From the NCBI GenBank assembly GCA_020891255.1, contig BQFW01000004.1, positions 558,001 to 622,000 of the forward strand: a stretch of DNA of 64,000 nucleotides, read 5' to 3'. The DNA comes from Entomortierella parvispora E1425 (lineage: Eukaryota > Fungi > Mortierellomycota). The notes below the pieces were generated by a model that was not told where the DNA came from, searched no databases, and saw only the letters and a program-made list of their open reading frames with translations. Below, piece by piece: positions 12,037 to 24,000 of this stretch. The stretch's first letter is position 1, and every line of letters starts with the position of its first letter. Both the position numbers and the translations under genes were made by a program.

Positions 12037-12434
12037 AGCCCGGTGACTTTGACTGACCGGGCGGTACTACTCTTCAATGCCTTTTGGTATGGATCAGACA
12101 ATGTTTATTTTTTTTGGCAAAAAGTCATTCTTGATGTCTTTGAACGGGTGAACACAAAATGACTGAAGGGGAGCCAGTTTCTATCATCACACGCGACACC
12201 TGTCATAAAAGGGGCCAAGCAAGAGGCTTCTTGACCTTCCATCTTTCTTCCACTTACCACTATCCCACTTCTAAAAAAAAACAGACAACACTCTTTTCCA
12301 CCTATAGGTTAGCCCAGTGTGTCGCCCAGGGCATCATTACTGCGCTTTGTCCTTCACAAAAGGTATCCGCCAAAGATCGTTGCAACTCACGTCAGGCAAT
12401 CCTGCCTCTTTATCTTCAACCATTTGAGAATAGT

Positions 12435-13232
12435 ATGCAAGATACACTTTCAGGAAATCAAACCGCTCTTCGCTCCACCATCCGTGCAGACGAGGATGGC
12501 ATTCTGCTCGAGCAGCAGGCTCAATTCATCAAGAAGCAACAGCAGCAGATTCATTTTCTACAGGAGGCCCTTCGATTTGAACTCGATCGTATCCAGTGGG
12601 ATCAAGGAGAGACCCCAGATACATTCTGTCAGAGATTTGAGTTCCTGGGCGCACCGCTTCAAAACATCATATCCGAGGATGAGCGGGTCCACATGTTCAA
12701 AATCCGTTGCCCCAACTTCCTGCGTCGCTTCCTAGTCGAGAGTGAAGCCAAGACCTGGGCCGACGTTAAAAAGGCGTGTGAGCTGAAGACCGACATGAAT
12801 CTTCAGAAGTTTGATCATGTATCTTCCTCTACTCAGTCTCGGATTCAACATGCACAGAAACTTCTGCAGCCGCGTCAGAGACAAGTTATCCGTGCTAGGA
12901 GCCATGACTGGTCCTTGCTGCGACCTCAACCGGGACAGAATCGCATTGCGAAGCAACATCAAGGAACTGGAGGGGTCCGGCGAGAAGGCCAACAGAGCCA
13001 TAGGGACTTGGCTCGGCCCAACGAATCCACAAAACACGACAAGATTATCTGCAATAATTGCAAAGTCGGGGATCACAAGGCGGTTGATTGTCCCGAGCCA
13101 CAAGTATGCTATAGGTGTAACCAGGAGGGCCACCGTAAGCGCGAATGCCCATTCATAAAAACATTGTCGACTGTTTCATCTTCGGCGAATATACCCATGT
13201 CTAGACAAAAGGTTGCTATGGTTATCGATTGA
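12435..13232 (+). CDS. Retrotransposon Gag-like protein with two CCHC zinc knuckles; no pol
   Basis: Intronless ORF, open from 12159; the likely start is ATG 12435. It has a coiled-coil, a capsid MHR-like segment LDRIQWDQGETPDTFCQRFEFL..EDERVHMF, and CNNCKVGDHKAVDC and CYRCNQEGHRKREC (both C-X2-C-X4-H-X4-C). Confidence 0.8.
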   Translation: MQDTLSGNQTALRSTIRADEDGILLEQQAQFIKKQQQQIHFLQEALRFELDRIQWDQGETPDTFCQRFEFLGAPLQNIISEDERVHMFKIRCPNFLRRFLVESEAKTWADVKKACELKTDMNLQKFDHVSSSTQSRIQHAQKLLQPRQRQVIRARSHDWSLLRPQPGQNRIAKQHQGTGGVRREGQQSHRDLARPNESTKHDKIICNNCKVGDHKAVDCPEPQVCYRCNQEGHRKRECPFIKTLSTVSSSANIPMSRQKVAMVID

Positions 13233-13470
13233 GTCAAAGTGCTTGAGCTAATGCACCAGAGGAAGTCGTTTTCCAAAAAAAAAAAAAATAATAATAAAAA
13301 ATCATGGTGCCGACATCTCATTCTCACAAGGTCTCTAGGTGATCTGAGTCAATACAGCCCAGGACTCTCAAAAATATAGCGCTCTCCCATGGTCGGGGGA
13401 GAACTTACCACGACATGATCGTCGGTTAGATACCTCCAGAACAAAAAAAAGAATGACTCGACTGCTCGCC

Positions 13471-13546
13471 TTGACACTCAGAAGAGTGAAATCGTCCGTA
13501 CAGGAAGGACAGAATTTTGAGGCGGGCGAGGTATCTTCATGGTCAA
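13471..13546 (-). ncRNA. Candidate box C/D snoRNA directly 3' of tRNA-Gly copy 2
   Basis: Minus strand TTGAC-C-ATGAAGA...CTGA-GT-GTCAA: 5-bp terminal stem, box C-like 13540-13534, box D 13481-13478, 76 nt. The first Pol III T-run occurs only at 13450. Confidence 0.35.
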
Positions 13547-13617
13547 TGCGTGGTCCGGGAATCGAACCCGGGTCTACCGCGTGGCAGGCGGTAATTATAC
13601 CACTAAACCAACCACGC
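13547..13617 (-). tRNA. tRNA-Gly(GCC), copy 2
   Basis: Identical to copy 1 over 74 bp (13547-13620 = 11089-11162). Confidence 0.97.
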
Positions 13618-13884
13618 TTTGCTTGTTGATATTGAGGCTCCTTCCTGGTTGTTCATGGTCCGATCTGACGCCACCAATTTCGCATGTCAATTTTATTAAG
13701 GGTCTAGCGCGCAGTGAGATCCTTTCCAAAATGCCAAATGACGCCAATTTCTGGTGCTTGGAGGCACAATGCTGGCCTGACATAGCTTTGCATGGCATGT
13801 TCATATCAAGGAGAGGTGTCCATCGACAGGAGAAGAGTGGTTTCTTTCAGTTTCAATAGTTTACACAATGGATATCTATAGATC

Positions 13885-15435
13885 TTAGACTAGTTGCACG
13901 TCGTCCAGGTTCTCAAGGACACCAGCCTTGATGGTCTTTCCTTTGACCCACTCTAATCCTTCACCACCATAGCTGAGTCTGGGTCCGATCTCGAATCCGA
14001 TCCTTGCTTCTGTAAAACCGTTCGCAGTCGAGAGGTGTTCCAGATCCTTGCCTTCGACATGCCCGCCGGCTTCCTCGATCCAACGAATATGAAGCCTCTC
14101 CAAATCTCTCCTGGAAGTACTGGGCGAGTCCAAGCCACTGGCATTCTTCATGGGCGAAAATTCCCTTGAGCGCTCCACCTCCAAACAGGCAAACTTCTCA
14201 GCCAGGGGAAAGACATCAAAGACAAAAAGTTCCAGCTTGACGCCATTGGGTTTTTGGGGGCTGACACGCTGTCCTGTTTTCAGATCAACATGTGGAATCT
14301 TCTTAGAGGCGAGGTGATAGATGAGCACATCCTGGTCCTTGGCTTGCAAGATCCCTGGGATCCTTTGAAGAAAGTCGAGGGAGCAGATCTGGTTGCAAAT
14401 GTTGCCGGCACGGTATACAAACTCGCCCGTCTTGGGATCGACCAGGGCCGCCAGGGCAGGGTCCATCTCCGAGTACTCGACCACCTTGATCTTGCCTCCC
14501 AATCTGCAGATGACACCCAAGGGTTCGGTCGCCATTGTCTTTGGCATGACCTTGGCTGTCACATCCGCGTGAGACTTCAGTGCATGTCCGATCCCGACGG
14601 GATCACCGATGCGGATCAGAATGTTGTCGACAGAGTAGCAGTGAGCGTATTGGATGCCTCTCTTTTGCAGTTCGTCCAGGACGCCCTCACTATGCATTGC
14701 CCAATAGAGCCCGCCGTTGCCGTTGGGGGAGGTTGCGATCTGGTTCTTGTGATTGAGGAGGAACTTTCCGTTGGTATCGAAACAAGGAATGACACCCTGC
14801 TCAAAAATGATGATGTTCTTGACGTCCAGTCCAAAATAGTTGTGTTCCTCCAAAAAGAGCTCTGTCTGCTGCCGAGTTGGCCCAGAGGTCATGATGCACC
14901 AGGGAATGACAACTGGGGGAACGGATTCCACAGGCTGGTTCGTCCGCTTGGCATGATCTATCCTGGCCAGATCTTGCAGCTTTTGAATACGTTCAGCTTG
15001 AATCTGGAAGAGGGTCTTGTGGGACGGTAGCCCAAGGTTGCGGTAGCAGCCTTTGGGGAGAAGGGAGCCCAGACGAGTACCCTGTCCTCCCGCCAGCAGG
15101 ACGACAGCGACTTTGTTCTGAGCGATGGCTTCGAGTCCCAGGTTGGCCCAGTCCTGCTTCTCCTCTGGGGAAGCGGTGAGTGTGGACTTGACCTCCTCCT
15201 GGCCGAGAGGTGTCAGGTCAGCAAAGATGGAGCTGTTCTTGGAGGCGGCAGTGGCCTGGGTGTAGATGGTGTTGAGGGTTGCAGGGTCAAGGGACTCGAG
15301 CTGGAGCAGGAACTCGTCCTGCTCCTCGTTAGAGAGCTCATCCCAGAACGTGAAAACGTGGCCCTGTCCTGCAGCGGTGTATAGCTCACGCATGGCATGC
15401 ACCCGCTGAGGTCTGTCGTAGCCGATTGTGCCCAT
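13885..15435 (-). CDS. UAP1: UDP-N-acetylglucosamine pyrophosphorylase
   Basis: Intronless, 516 aa; VAVVLLAGGQGTRLG...PKG, PNGNGG, YSVDNIL, VVEYSE, KPNGVKLELFVFDVF, REFSPMKNA. Confidence 0.97.
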   Translation of the reverse strand: MGTIGYDRPQRVHAMRELYTAAGQGHVFTFWDELSNEEQDEFLLQLESLDPATLNTIYTQATAASKNSSIFADLTPLGQEEVKSTLTASPEEKQDWANLGLEAIAQNKVAVVLLAGGQGTRLGSLLPKGCYRNLGLPSHKTLFQIQAERIQKLQDLARIDHAKRTNQPVESVPPVVIPWCIMTSGPTRQQTELFLEEHNYFGLDVKNIIIFEQGVIPCFDTNGKFLLNHKNQIATSPNGNGGLYWAMHSEGVLDELQKRGIQYAHCYSVDNILIRIGDPVGIGHALKSHADVTAKVMPKTMATEPLGVICRLGGKIKVVEYSEMDPALAALVDPKTGEFVYRAGNICNQICSLDFLQRIPGILQAKDQDVLIYHLASKKIPHVDLKTGQRVSPQKPNGVKLELFVFDVFPLAEKFACLEVERSREFSPMKNASGLDSPSTSRRDLERLHIRWIEEAGGHVEGKDLEHLSTANGFTEARIGFEIGPRLSYGGEGLEWVKGKTIKAGVLENLDDVQLV

Positions 15436-15864
15436 GGTGAGAGATTATTAGGTGAAGGAATGTAGAAGAGAGGGGAGAATGGGACGAGGAGGAGATGGAA
15501 GAGAGAAAGAAAGTGTGAGAAAATAAAGAAGAGAGGAAGTAGAGCAGAGATGGAAGGCACCAAAGTCAAAAAGTCAACATATCAAGATACCACTTGGACG
15601 AATGCCCGTTATCATGAATCAAAATATCCTCCACTCAGCGCATTCGATCGAGTCTTACTGGTGGGTCGCTGGACCCCTGCTCTGCCTTTCTGGTTGCCAG
15701 AGCGCTGCAGGCTCTTCATTCCTGTGCCCCCCCGCCAATCGGTCGTCATCAATTCTCCCGGAAGCACAGCCCCGAACGGGCACTTTCTTTGACTAGCTAT
15801 GGTTGTGCACATGTGGACAACATGAGTGCAATGCATGTCCTCATTCGGGCTGCCTTGTCTTTTG

Positions 15865-15925
15865 TGTTTGTTGTTTTGTTGTCTTGATGATGATGTTGTT
15901 GTTGTTATTGTTGTTGTTTTTGTTC
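15865..15925. repeat. Imperfect (TTG/ATG)n microsatellite
   Basis: ttgttgttttgttgtcttgatgatgatgttgttgttgttattgttgttg. Confidence 0.7.
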
Positions 15926-16517
15926 ATGATATCGTTGTTGATGTTTGGCACAGGCGTGATCCACTGTTGATCCACCCACATAGCCTTTGAATTTTGTCTT
16001 GTGTCCAGACTGTCCATGGCGACTCCTGTCTTGGGGGCCTTTTCTCTTTTTTGAGCAAAGAGAACATGGCCCAAAAAAAGACGCCTGCGATTATTGTTCA
16101 AAAATAAAGAAAAAATCGACTCCACTCACTCTTTGGTGCGCCATTGCGGAGACTCTTTTAGGCGAAGCAGAGCAGGGCTCAATTGCAATCGGACCATCTG
16201 TCCGTCAGACAGTCAGCCAGCCAGCCAGCCATCTTGGCCTTGTACGCCTTGCCTTGCGCGCCTGCTCTTCCCTCCATGCCAGATGGTCAGCCCAAAAGCA
16301 AAGCCTTTTGCTCAGTTTGGCCCCCCACTTCTATTGTGTTTCGAGCCGCTGTCTGTGTTGTTTTTTTGCTCTCTCCCATTCCTTTTTATATTTCCGTAAC
16401 GGTTGCTCATCTCTCATTTCGTTCTCCTCTTTCCTTCCTCTTTTCCATCAACATCATTCTGTGAATCCCACCCACCCACTCGATAGCGATTCTCATCCAA
16501 CCCAATACTTATCAGCC

Positions 16518-19500
16518 ATGGCCTTTTCGTCGCACGAGGACGAGGATGACGGCCAAGATGAAGTAAGAAAGGCAAAAACACACACACCCAACCCAACCAA
16601 TTATCGGTCGAAGCAGTAAAGCTGTGGCCTGGGAGAAGGAACGCGCGAGAGAAACAAAAAGGAAATGTCACAACAACAGGGACCAAGGGAAAAGCAGGAA
16701 CAAGAACAAAGGACTTGGACTCGAATGCGGTTTCGTCCAGAAACCACTCGCTCGCATGAGTTCAGTGAAGGGAGGAGAGTCATCAAGAGTCAGAGTTGAC
16801 CTGAAAAAGATATGAATGAAAAGAAAAACAAAAGGGATAGGGAGGGAGTGGGCACAGCAATGAAGACCACAGGGGAGGACTGAATTTACTACCCATGCCT
16901 GGACTGGCTGGCTCTCCCAAGGGTTGTTGTGGTGGTGGTTGTGCTGTCGTTGTGGAATTATGAACATCTGTCCCCGTCTTCTCTACTTTTTTCCTCCGTG
17001 TCGTTTTCTGTTGTGAACGAGGGGAGAGGAACTTGGAGGGAAGGGGAGGTGAGGGTAGAAAAAGCGAATGAGGCTGACCCAATGTCCATGACAATAGGTT
17101 CTGATCTCCACGATGCGCTCACTTGATCTCGCTCACAAGGTAAGGTTGTGGTGACTCTCCGTTCGCGATGTCTGTACACTATGAAGATGAAGATGAAGCG
17201 TTGCTGCTGTTGGTGCTGGGACGTGACAAGGATCAAGAGGATACACCGCGACCGCGACCACGGCGACCACTCTTCTCGCGACCATTGCGCCCACACAACC
17301 CCGACCACGCAACAGCCTTAGCAACAGCGACACGCGCCCTCGAGGGGCAACGCAGAGAACACGCGCCGAAAAACACAACACAACGATCTGCGATCCCCTT
17401 CTCTTCCCTCACCACCCACACGCACGATCTGCGGATGATGCTGGTTCACGATCCATGATCCACACCCCCCGGTCTCCCTGCCATCCCGCTCTCTTTGTCT
17501 GCAGTCCTCGCTGACTGGAGAGAGAAAGAGAGAGAAAGAGAGCAAGAAAGGAGAGGGGGTGGACGGAGAGGGGACAGACAGTCCCCACCAAGGGCAGGCA
17601 GCAGTCAGCCATGGGGGACCTCCGACCACCGACCGTCGTTCCCTTCCCTTCCCATCCCAGTCCATCCATACTGTCCACAAAATCCGCAAGTCGCTGGTTC
17701 TTGGCGAGACAGAGATAGGGCCGCGATGAACAGGGAGTGACCCGACCTTAGACCATAGCATGGCCCGGCATGCACTGAGGGGACATCGTTTATATCACAC
17801 CCCTCCTTCTTTCCTTTCTTCTTCTTTTCTTCTTCCTTCCTTCCTTCCTTCCTTCCTTCTTTCTTGCCCTTGTTTCCTCCTTTCTGTCTTCTCTTTCCCA
17901 CACCCTCGTTTTCTTCTATCCATCCCGTCTATTCGGATTCGATTTCATTATCAGCACTTGCTCTCTTTTATCACCCCCTTCCCCTCCTTTCCTCGTCACC
18001 TCTTTCCTAGACCTAGCACCTTGTCCCCGACACGCCCCTCTTTCTTTATCTGGATCGTGTTTCCTACATCATTCTTCATTCCTCCTGCACCAGCCCCCGT
18101 CAACTACCCCCTCTCCTCTCGACTTTTCGCTGCCTCGCCAAACAACCGTGATGAGCGTTCGAACGACAAAGCATGGCCGGTACGCCTCTACCCACTGTCC
18201 ATCGACTGCCCACGCATCCGAGTCGACAAGCTCCCTATTGGGACCTCTTTTGCCCACGGACTCGCTTAAGGGAAAGCGTGCAGGCTCCTATAACTGGGAC
18301 CATGAAAGGCTCGATCTCTCGACTGGCGACTCCAACTCTACCTCCATGGGCGCTACAACGTTTTACCACAGCAAGACCGTCTTCAGCACCAGCAATTCTA
18401 TAGAGTCCCTACACCAGTTCCACCAGCAGCACAACCCGAAACAGCAGCCCAATCGACCGACGACGCCTTCAGAATTGCTAAATGAAAATCTTGCCCTTTC
18501 TCAGAAAAATGCTCTAGCCCAACAGGAGGTTATGTCTGTTCGAAATATCCAAGTTCGACTGGAGAATCAAATATTTGAACTCGATCAAGAGCTAGCGGAA
18601 GCCCGCAAGGAGTCCCAGAGACTGCTTCGAGCCAAGAAGGACTTTGATCGGCAGCAGGAGCAGAGCTCAGCTGTCTTTGAAAGAGAACGAACCCTTTGGG
18701 CCGAACGTGAAGCAGAGCTGGTCAGGAGTCTCAAATTTGCGACAAGACCCCTGGTCGTTCAAGCCCCTGCCAAAGGTATGGTTGAAGGAGGACTAAACAA
18801 CAGATGAGAAAGATGAGAAAGGGGTCAACCATCGATTGTTTAAAGGTTGATTGTAGGGCACTTGTGCTAGCGCTAACACTTGTGGACACTTGATTCTCTT
18901 AGAACGATCTGAAACGACCAAAGAGTCTTCTCTGGACATTATTCCTCCTCAGATCCAGCAACAGATCTCGGAGAATAACGCAGCCCATGCCCGCGCCCTT
19001 CGTGGACAAGAGCAATTAGTGATCGAACTCCGGAAACAGCTCCTCAACATTAACCAGGATCTGATTGATCGTCAACGCAACTTCAGTCTTCGGGAAGCAG
19101 AGCTACAATCCGAGATCTCTCAAGCTCGGGAGATGAACAGGAGCTTGATGGAGGAGAACGAGAGCTACCAGATGCTTCTGCACGAAAAGTCAATGAATGG
19201 AGAATTTATGCAGACCAGCATTATGAAGGTACATGGAGCAACAAAACGAAGGCTAAAAGAAGACAAAAGGGACTGTAGGAAGGACCACGCGCCTGCGATC
19301 TCAGGACTGGATGTCTGCTTGACTATGTGGTTTGATGTGGGGGGAAGGATCTCTTGCGTTTATTTTTATCATGTTTACTCATACGGTCCCTGTGTTCCCA
19401 TCCTTGTTCTTTCCACCCCTGAAATCAAATAGAGCACTGGCTACAACGACGATCCCACGAGCACCCCCATCGCTCAAGGCACCAACGGGTCAATCAACCT

Positions 19501-20683
19501 TGCAGATGAACTCGGACTTTTCTTTGGCAGATCCCCGTCCTCGGTTTCCATGAGTGACAAACCCGTCGACGAATTGGTCAGTGAAAACAAGGCGCTCAAG
19601 GAAAGCAACGTTGCCCTGGGTCTTTATATCTCCAAGATTCTCTCTCGCATCATGGAAAACCCACATCTACAGGCCATCCTGGCAGCCGATTATAGCCCAC
19701 GACGTGCATCCGTTCCCGAATCACCGCCTGTTGTGATTTCTCATGTCAATAAGAGCAATGGCAATATCAACAATACCGAGTCCGACAACACTCCAAAGGA
19801 AAAAGTAAAGCCAGAGGGACGTGCGCGCTCACGGTCCCTGTTCTCAGCGTTTTCACGATCCAAGCCAACAGTCGAACCCACCCATTCCATCACCTCCACC
19901 GCGTCCAAAGTTTCGAATGGCAGCTCTAACCGAAGTAGCTCTGAAGATGATGCCGCCAGTGCAACATCTACTCAGCTTACATCTTTCCAAGAAGGACATG
20001 CTATTGATGACTCCCCACGGACGAGCTACTCCTCGACAGAGTTTGCTGTTGTTAGCAGTGATCGTCCTCGGCCTGCAGAGTACGAGCAATTGACGACTTT
20101 TGATCAGCCCTTCAGTCGTAAGCAACTTCAACGTCAATCAACGCTTGGGTCTAACGCAGCGCACGAGCGCCATCAACGGAGACAGACGATTGGAGGTCCT
20201 TCTGGAATCACTAGCAGTGGAGCGAGTGGACACGGGCGTTATGGATCAGAGTCCAGTGCTTTGACGTCAGGACAGAGCCGGCGGTCTATGCTTTTAAAGT
20301 CCAAGAACAGCCTGAGTGTTCTTGCGCCTATGCCTGAGGCACAGTCACCTGAAGTACCGGCCATACCCGAGCATCATACCAAAGGTGCAGATTCTATGGA
20401 CTCGATTCGATCACCCACTCTCTCAATTTCCATCTCGGAGGTGAGCACAGCCAGTGGTCTTAGCAGCACAACAAACACGGCGCCACCGTCGGCGACTCCG
20501 CCCACGACGCCTGTTGTGGCAGAGAGCTCAGGGCCTTGGCGCAAGGCGATTCGAAGAATGAGTATGTTTGGAGGCAGCAGCAACGGTTCCTTACCGACCG
20601 CTTCCAAGGCAGAAGATACCCAGCCTTCTCAAGCGCCGCCGTCTACGGAAGTAGTTGATAATGCGGTCACCAGCTCGGCCTAG
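16518..20683 (+). CDS. Coiled-coil protein with FIP-RBD-like motif and Ser/Thr-rich disordered C-terminus
   Basis: Model: 16518-16562, 18094-18775, 18903-19228, 19433-20683, all GT-AG and in frame. Heptad coiled-coils, then DELVSENKALKESNVALGLYISKILSRIMENP. Confidence 0.7.
17815..17862. repeat. (CTTC)n microsatellite inside a long intron
   Basis: tcttccttccttccttccttccttccttct. Confidence 0.8.
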
Positions 20684-21093
20684 AGCATCGTTGAAGACTT
20701 TAAGTGGAGCTCTCTTCTCTTTACCCTGTCTCTCTTCTCTTTCTCTCCACTCCTCCTCTTCCACCTTGTATCTCTTTTATCCATTTTCAACATCTTTCCT
20801 CTCTTTCAATCGGCTCCTTTTGTTTTTACCGTTCTATGTAGTAATGACCTTCCACAAAGACTCTTCAAAAAAGTGCCATTTTATGACCAAAAATACTATT
20901 AAAAAAGGAAAGATTTCACGTGACTCGATCGTCTGTGCGCTTGGTCCCTCTCTTTTTGTTTCCTTTCCTTTCACTCCTTCGCTCCTTCTCTCCCCCCCTT
21001 GTTCCCTTGTCCTCCTTGTTCTTGTCATTAACTCCATCACTGCCTCTCTTTTCCTCTTACTCTCATTCATTCCGCCTCTCTCATTCCCATTCT

Positions 21094-24000
21094 ATGGCCA
21101 AGCCCCTTATTACCGCGAGGGTAATCAGCACAAGTTGGCCCCAACAATTCCACGTTCTTTGGCGATGAACCTTGTCCATTGACTCCCTTTTCCTCTTGAC
21201 GTAGGTCTTTCTCGAGGATGCAGTCCACCATCGCGACAATTCGGCGCGACTAGGTCTGGTCGTCAAGACTTGGCACGACTTTGATGCAGGCGAGAGCGAC
21301 TCTGAAGACGAGGACAACATTGGGCCTGTAATATACCTTTTTTTTTTTATTTTTTTGTTATTACTTTGACAATGTATCTCTGTTTCTAATTCGCATGTAT
21401 ATTTCCTATGAATTCCGCAATAGCTCGCTCTTCAGCAAGTTGTTGTACACTGGGTCGATGGATCTGCGCCGCAGACGGTGCACGAGGATGACCTGGTGGT
21501 TGTGGACCGTTCCTTCAGTCATGGCGATGTTGTGAAACGATCGCCCAACGATATCATGTCGGGAACTGTAATTGATGTCAAGGTCGAGCTAGATCTGGAA
21601 AAGATCTGTCCGCCCATGACCCAATATCTCGGCACCAATGCCAAACACGTCGACTTTGTACAGCAGTTTGTTGTCAACAATCATGTTATTTACGACGGCT
21701 GGCTTGGAGTTATCGAGGAGGTAAAAAAAGACGACTTGACTTGTACTTGAAACACGCGAGAAGAAAGTCGCAGAGCCAAATCATGTATTCAACTGTTCGC
21801 GTTTATTACCATGCATTATAGGTCAAAGACGAGCTTACCGTGTTGATGAATGACAGCAGCGTATGTGTTGTCAAAGATTCAGACAGTCTCGACCTTCGAG
21901 ATCAAACGCACGACCAGTCCTGCTTCTTCCCGGATTCGCTTGCCCCTGGTCACGTAAGGCTTCTCTCTATTCCATTGTTTGGACCGTTAAAATGAGCGCT
22001 CTTGATTGTGCGACAGGACAGTCCCTGATTGTGCCCCTGTACCCCTTTTTTTTTTGTGGAAAAATAGAGAGTGATCGGTCCATCCAGGGTATTCAAGGAA
22101 GCAGAATACCTGGTCGGGAGTTACTCTGGAGAAAAGCAAGGATATGTGTTGAGGTCGGATATCACGTCAATTACCGTCAATTGGCTGTCCTTCAACCCTT
22201 TGGCTTTGGATCAGACCCCTGGAGTCTCCTGCCCTCCCCGTGTGCTGGATGATTTTGAAAGCATTGTTGTGTACAAAAGCGCAGAGCAACATTGTACGTA
22301 TGAACTTTTGGACCGAGTCAAAATCACGGATGCAGATACATTGCAAGGTAAGCTGACAGTGTCTATTGCTACGAAAAATGGAGCAACCTCTCAATTTGTG
22401 CATCATCTCAAACATCACTCTTTTTTTTTTTTTTTTTTTTATCTCAGCCTTTGGACTTCAGCAGTACTGTCCATACCTGAAGAGCAAGTCAACTCGAGAG
22501 AAATGCCCCAACGCAAGCCACAATCATGGATCAAAATATGCCACAAGCGAAATGGTAGGCAATGATGCCTATTTTGCTATTACATCCATATTGGTTTACA
22601 GAAAGAGGTCGAGTTCTGACATTTCGTCCTACCTGTAGAAAATTATCGGTACAAAGACTAAAGTCACTGTGCAATGGCAAGATTTGTCTATATCCGAGGA
22701 CATAATCTCCACCGATCTTGTGCCGTATCTCAATATGGATGACCAGGATGTTTGGCCGACCGATTACGTGTTATTGAAGGCTGGCGAGGTTCTCATGGAT
22801 GAGCCAGGTGGCCTTGGGTTTGATCGTAAAAAGTCAGATATGCTCGGTATTGTCCAGTCTGTGAATGCCAAGGAACGTACCACTCAAATCAAATGGTTCA
22901 GTGAGGAACGTGATCAGGGCCTGGAGGCTGAGCCCGAAGAGTTTTCATTGTACGAGATCATGTCGCACCCAGATCTCAAATTCAGGATGGGTGACATGGT
23001 CGTAGTGAGCCGCGAACGAGAACAGGCGCCATCCTCGGATATTGCTCCAAGAGCGCCTAGTGTTGATGATATCCTGTCCCTTGTCGGTCGCGGAAGCGAG
23101 ATTTTCAACGAGTTGATGAAGTCGCAGGGTGCTTCTGGACACGCCGCACCTCAGCAGTCGATTACTCGGGATGCAAGTGTTCTCCTCCTTCGCTATGGCG
23201 TTGAAGGTCTGGAAGCCTTGGATCGATTCCTTTCAGAGTCCAACAAGATGGCATCAAAAGCTCTTTATTGGCTTGTGGACCGAGGCGATCCTTTAAAGCC
23301 AATGATCCCAGACGATGTCTTGATGACTCTCTCCCAGATTGAGCAGGATATTCAAACAATCCGACCTCGCCTGAATTGGGTCGGTCAAATCTGGGAAGTA
23401 TATCGGGATCGTCCTGCAGTTCTTGTTCGGTTCATGGATGGAACAGAGGCAGAATTCCCAGTTGGTCGTATTATGGTGATCGAAGACGACGACGACGAAG
23501 ACGACGATGATGATGATGATGAGGATGATCAGCAGTTTGAAGAGTATGATTTCGATGATGAGGGTGAAGAAGTTTCATCAGATGGTAGCTGGGAGACAGA
23601 TTCAGGAGAGGAAGATGACTCTATGAGTGATTTGGATGAAGAGACATCAGAGGCAAAAACTGACAAGGACAAGGAGCTGGCAAGTGTTGGTGGCGAGGCC
23701 TTGCCCGCAGCTGCTCCTGTTCCGTCGTCAGGTGCAGTATCAGCTTCAGTACCACAGTCAAGTTCCTCACCTGCGCCAGATGGCGATATCGAGCCAAAGG
23801 CTACGGGCTCTGCTGTGATCACGACCACAGTGGATCCACTTGTCGAGGGGCTAGACGAGGTAGACTCCCTGAGAACCACCGTTCCCGAGCATGCTCACTG
23901 GAAGAGCTTCATGATCGTGGACCATACCCCAGCGGATCACCACTATTTGTCGTGTCCTCAACCCGATGGTGACAAGGCCTGGTTCAGACGCATTGCCAAG

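Noticed and set aside
13200-13380. Possible protease remnant or read-through after gag (VAMVID*)
   Set aside because: No D[ST]G motif, slippery site or RT similarity in any frame that I could recognise.
11160-13546. LTR pair or terminal inverted repeats around gag
   Set aside because: I found no TG..CA direct repeats other than the tRNAs themselves.
14254-15030. 258-aa ORF antisense to UAP1
   Set aside because: Shadow ORF of a well-supported gene.
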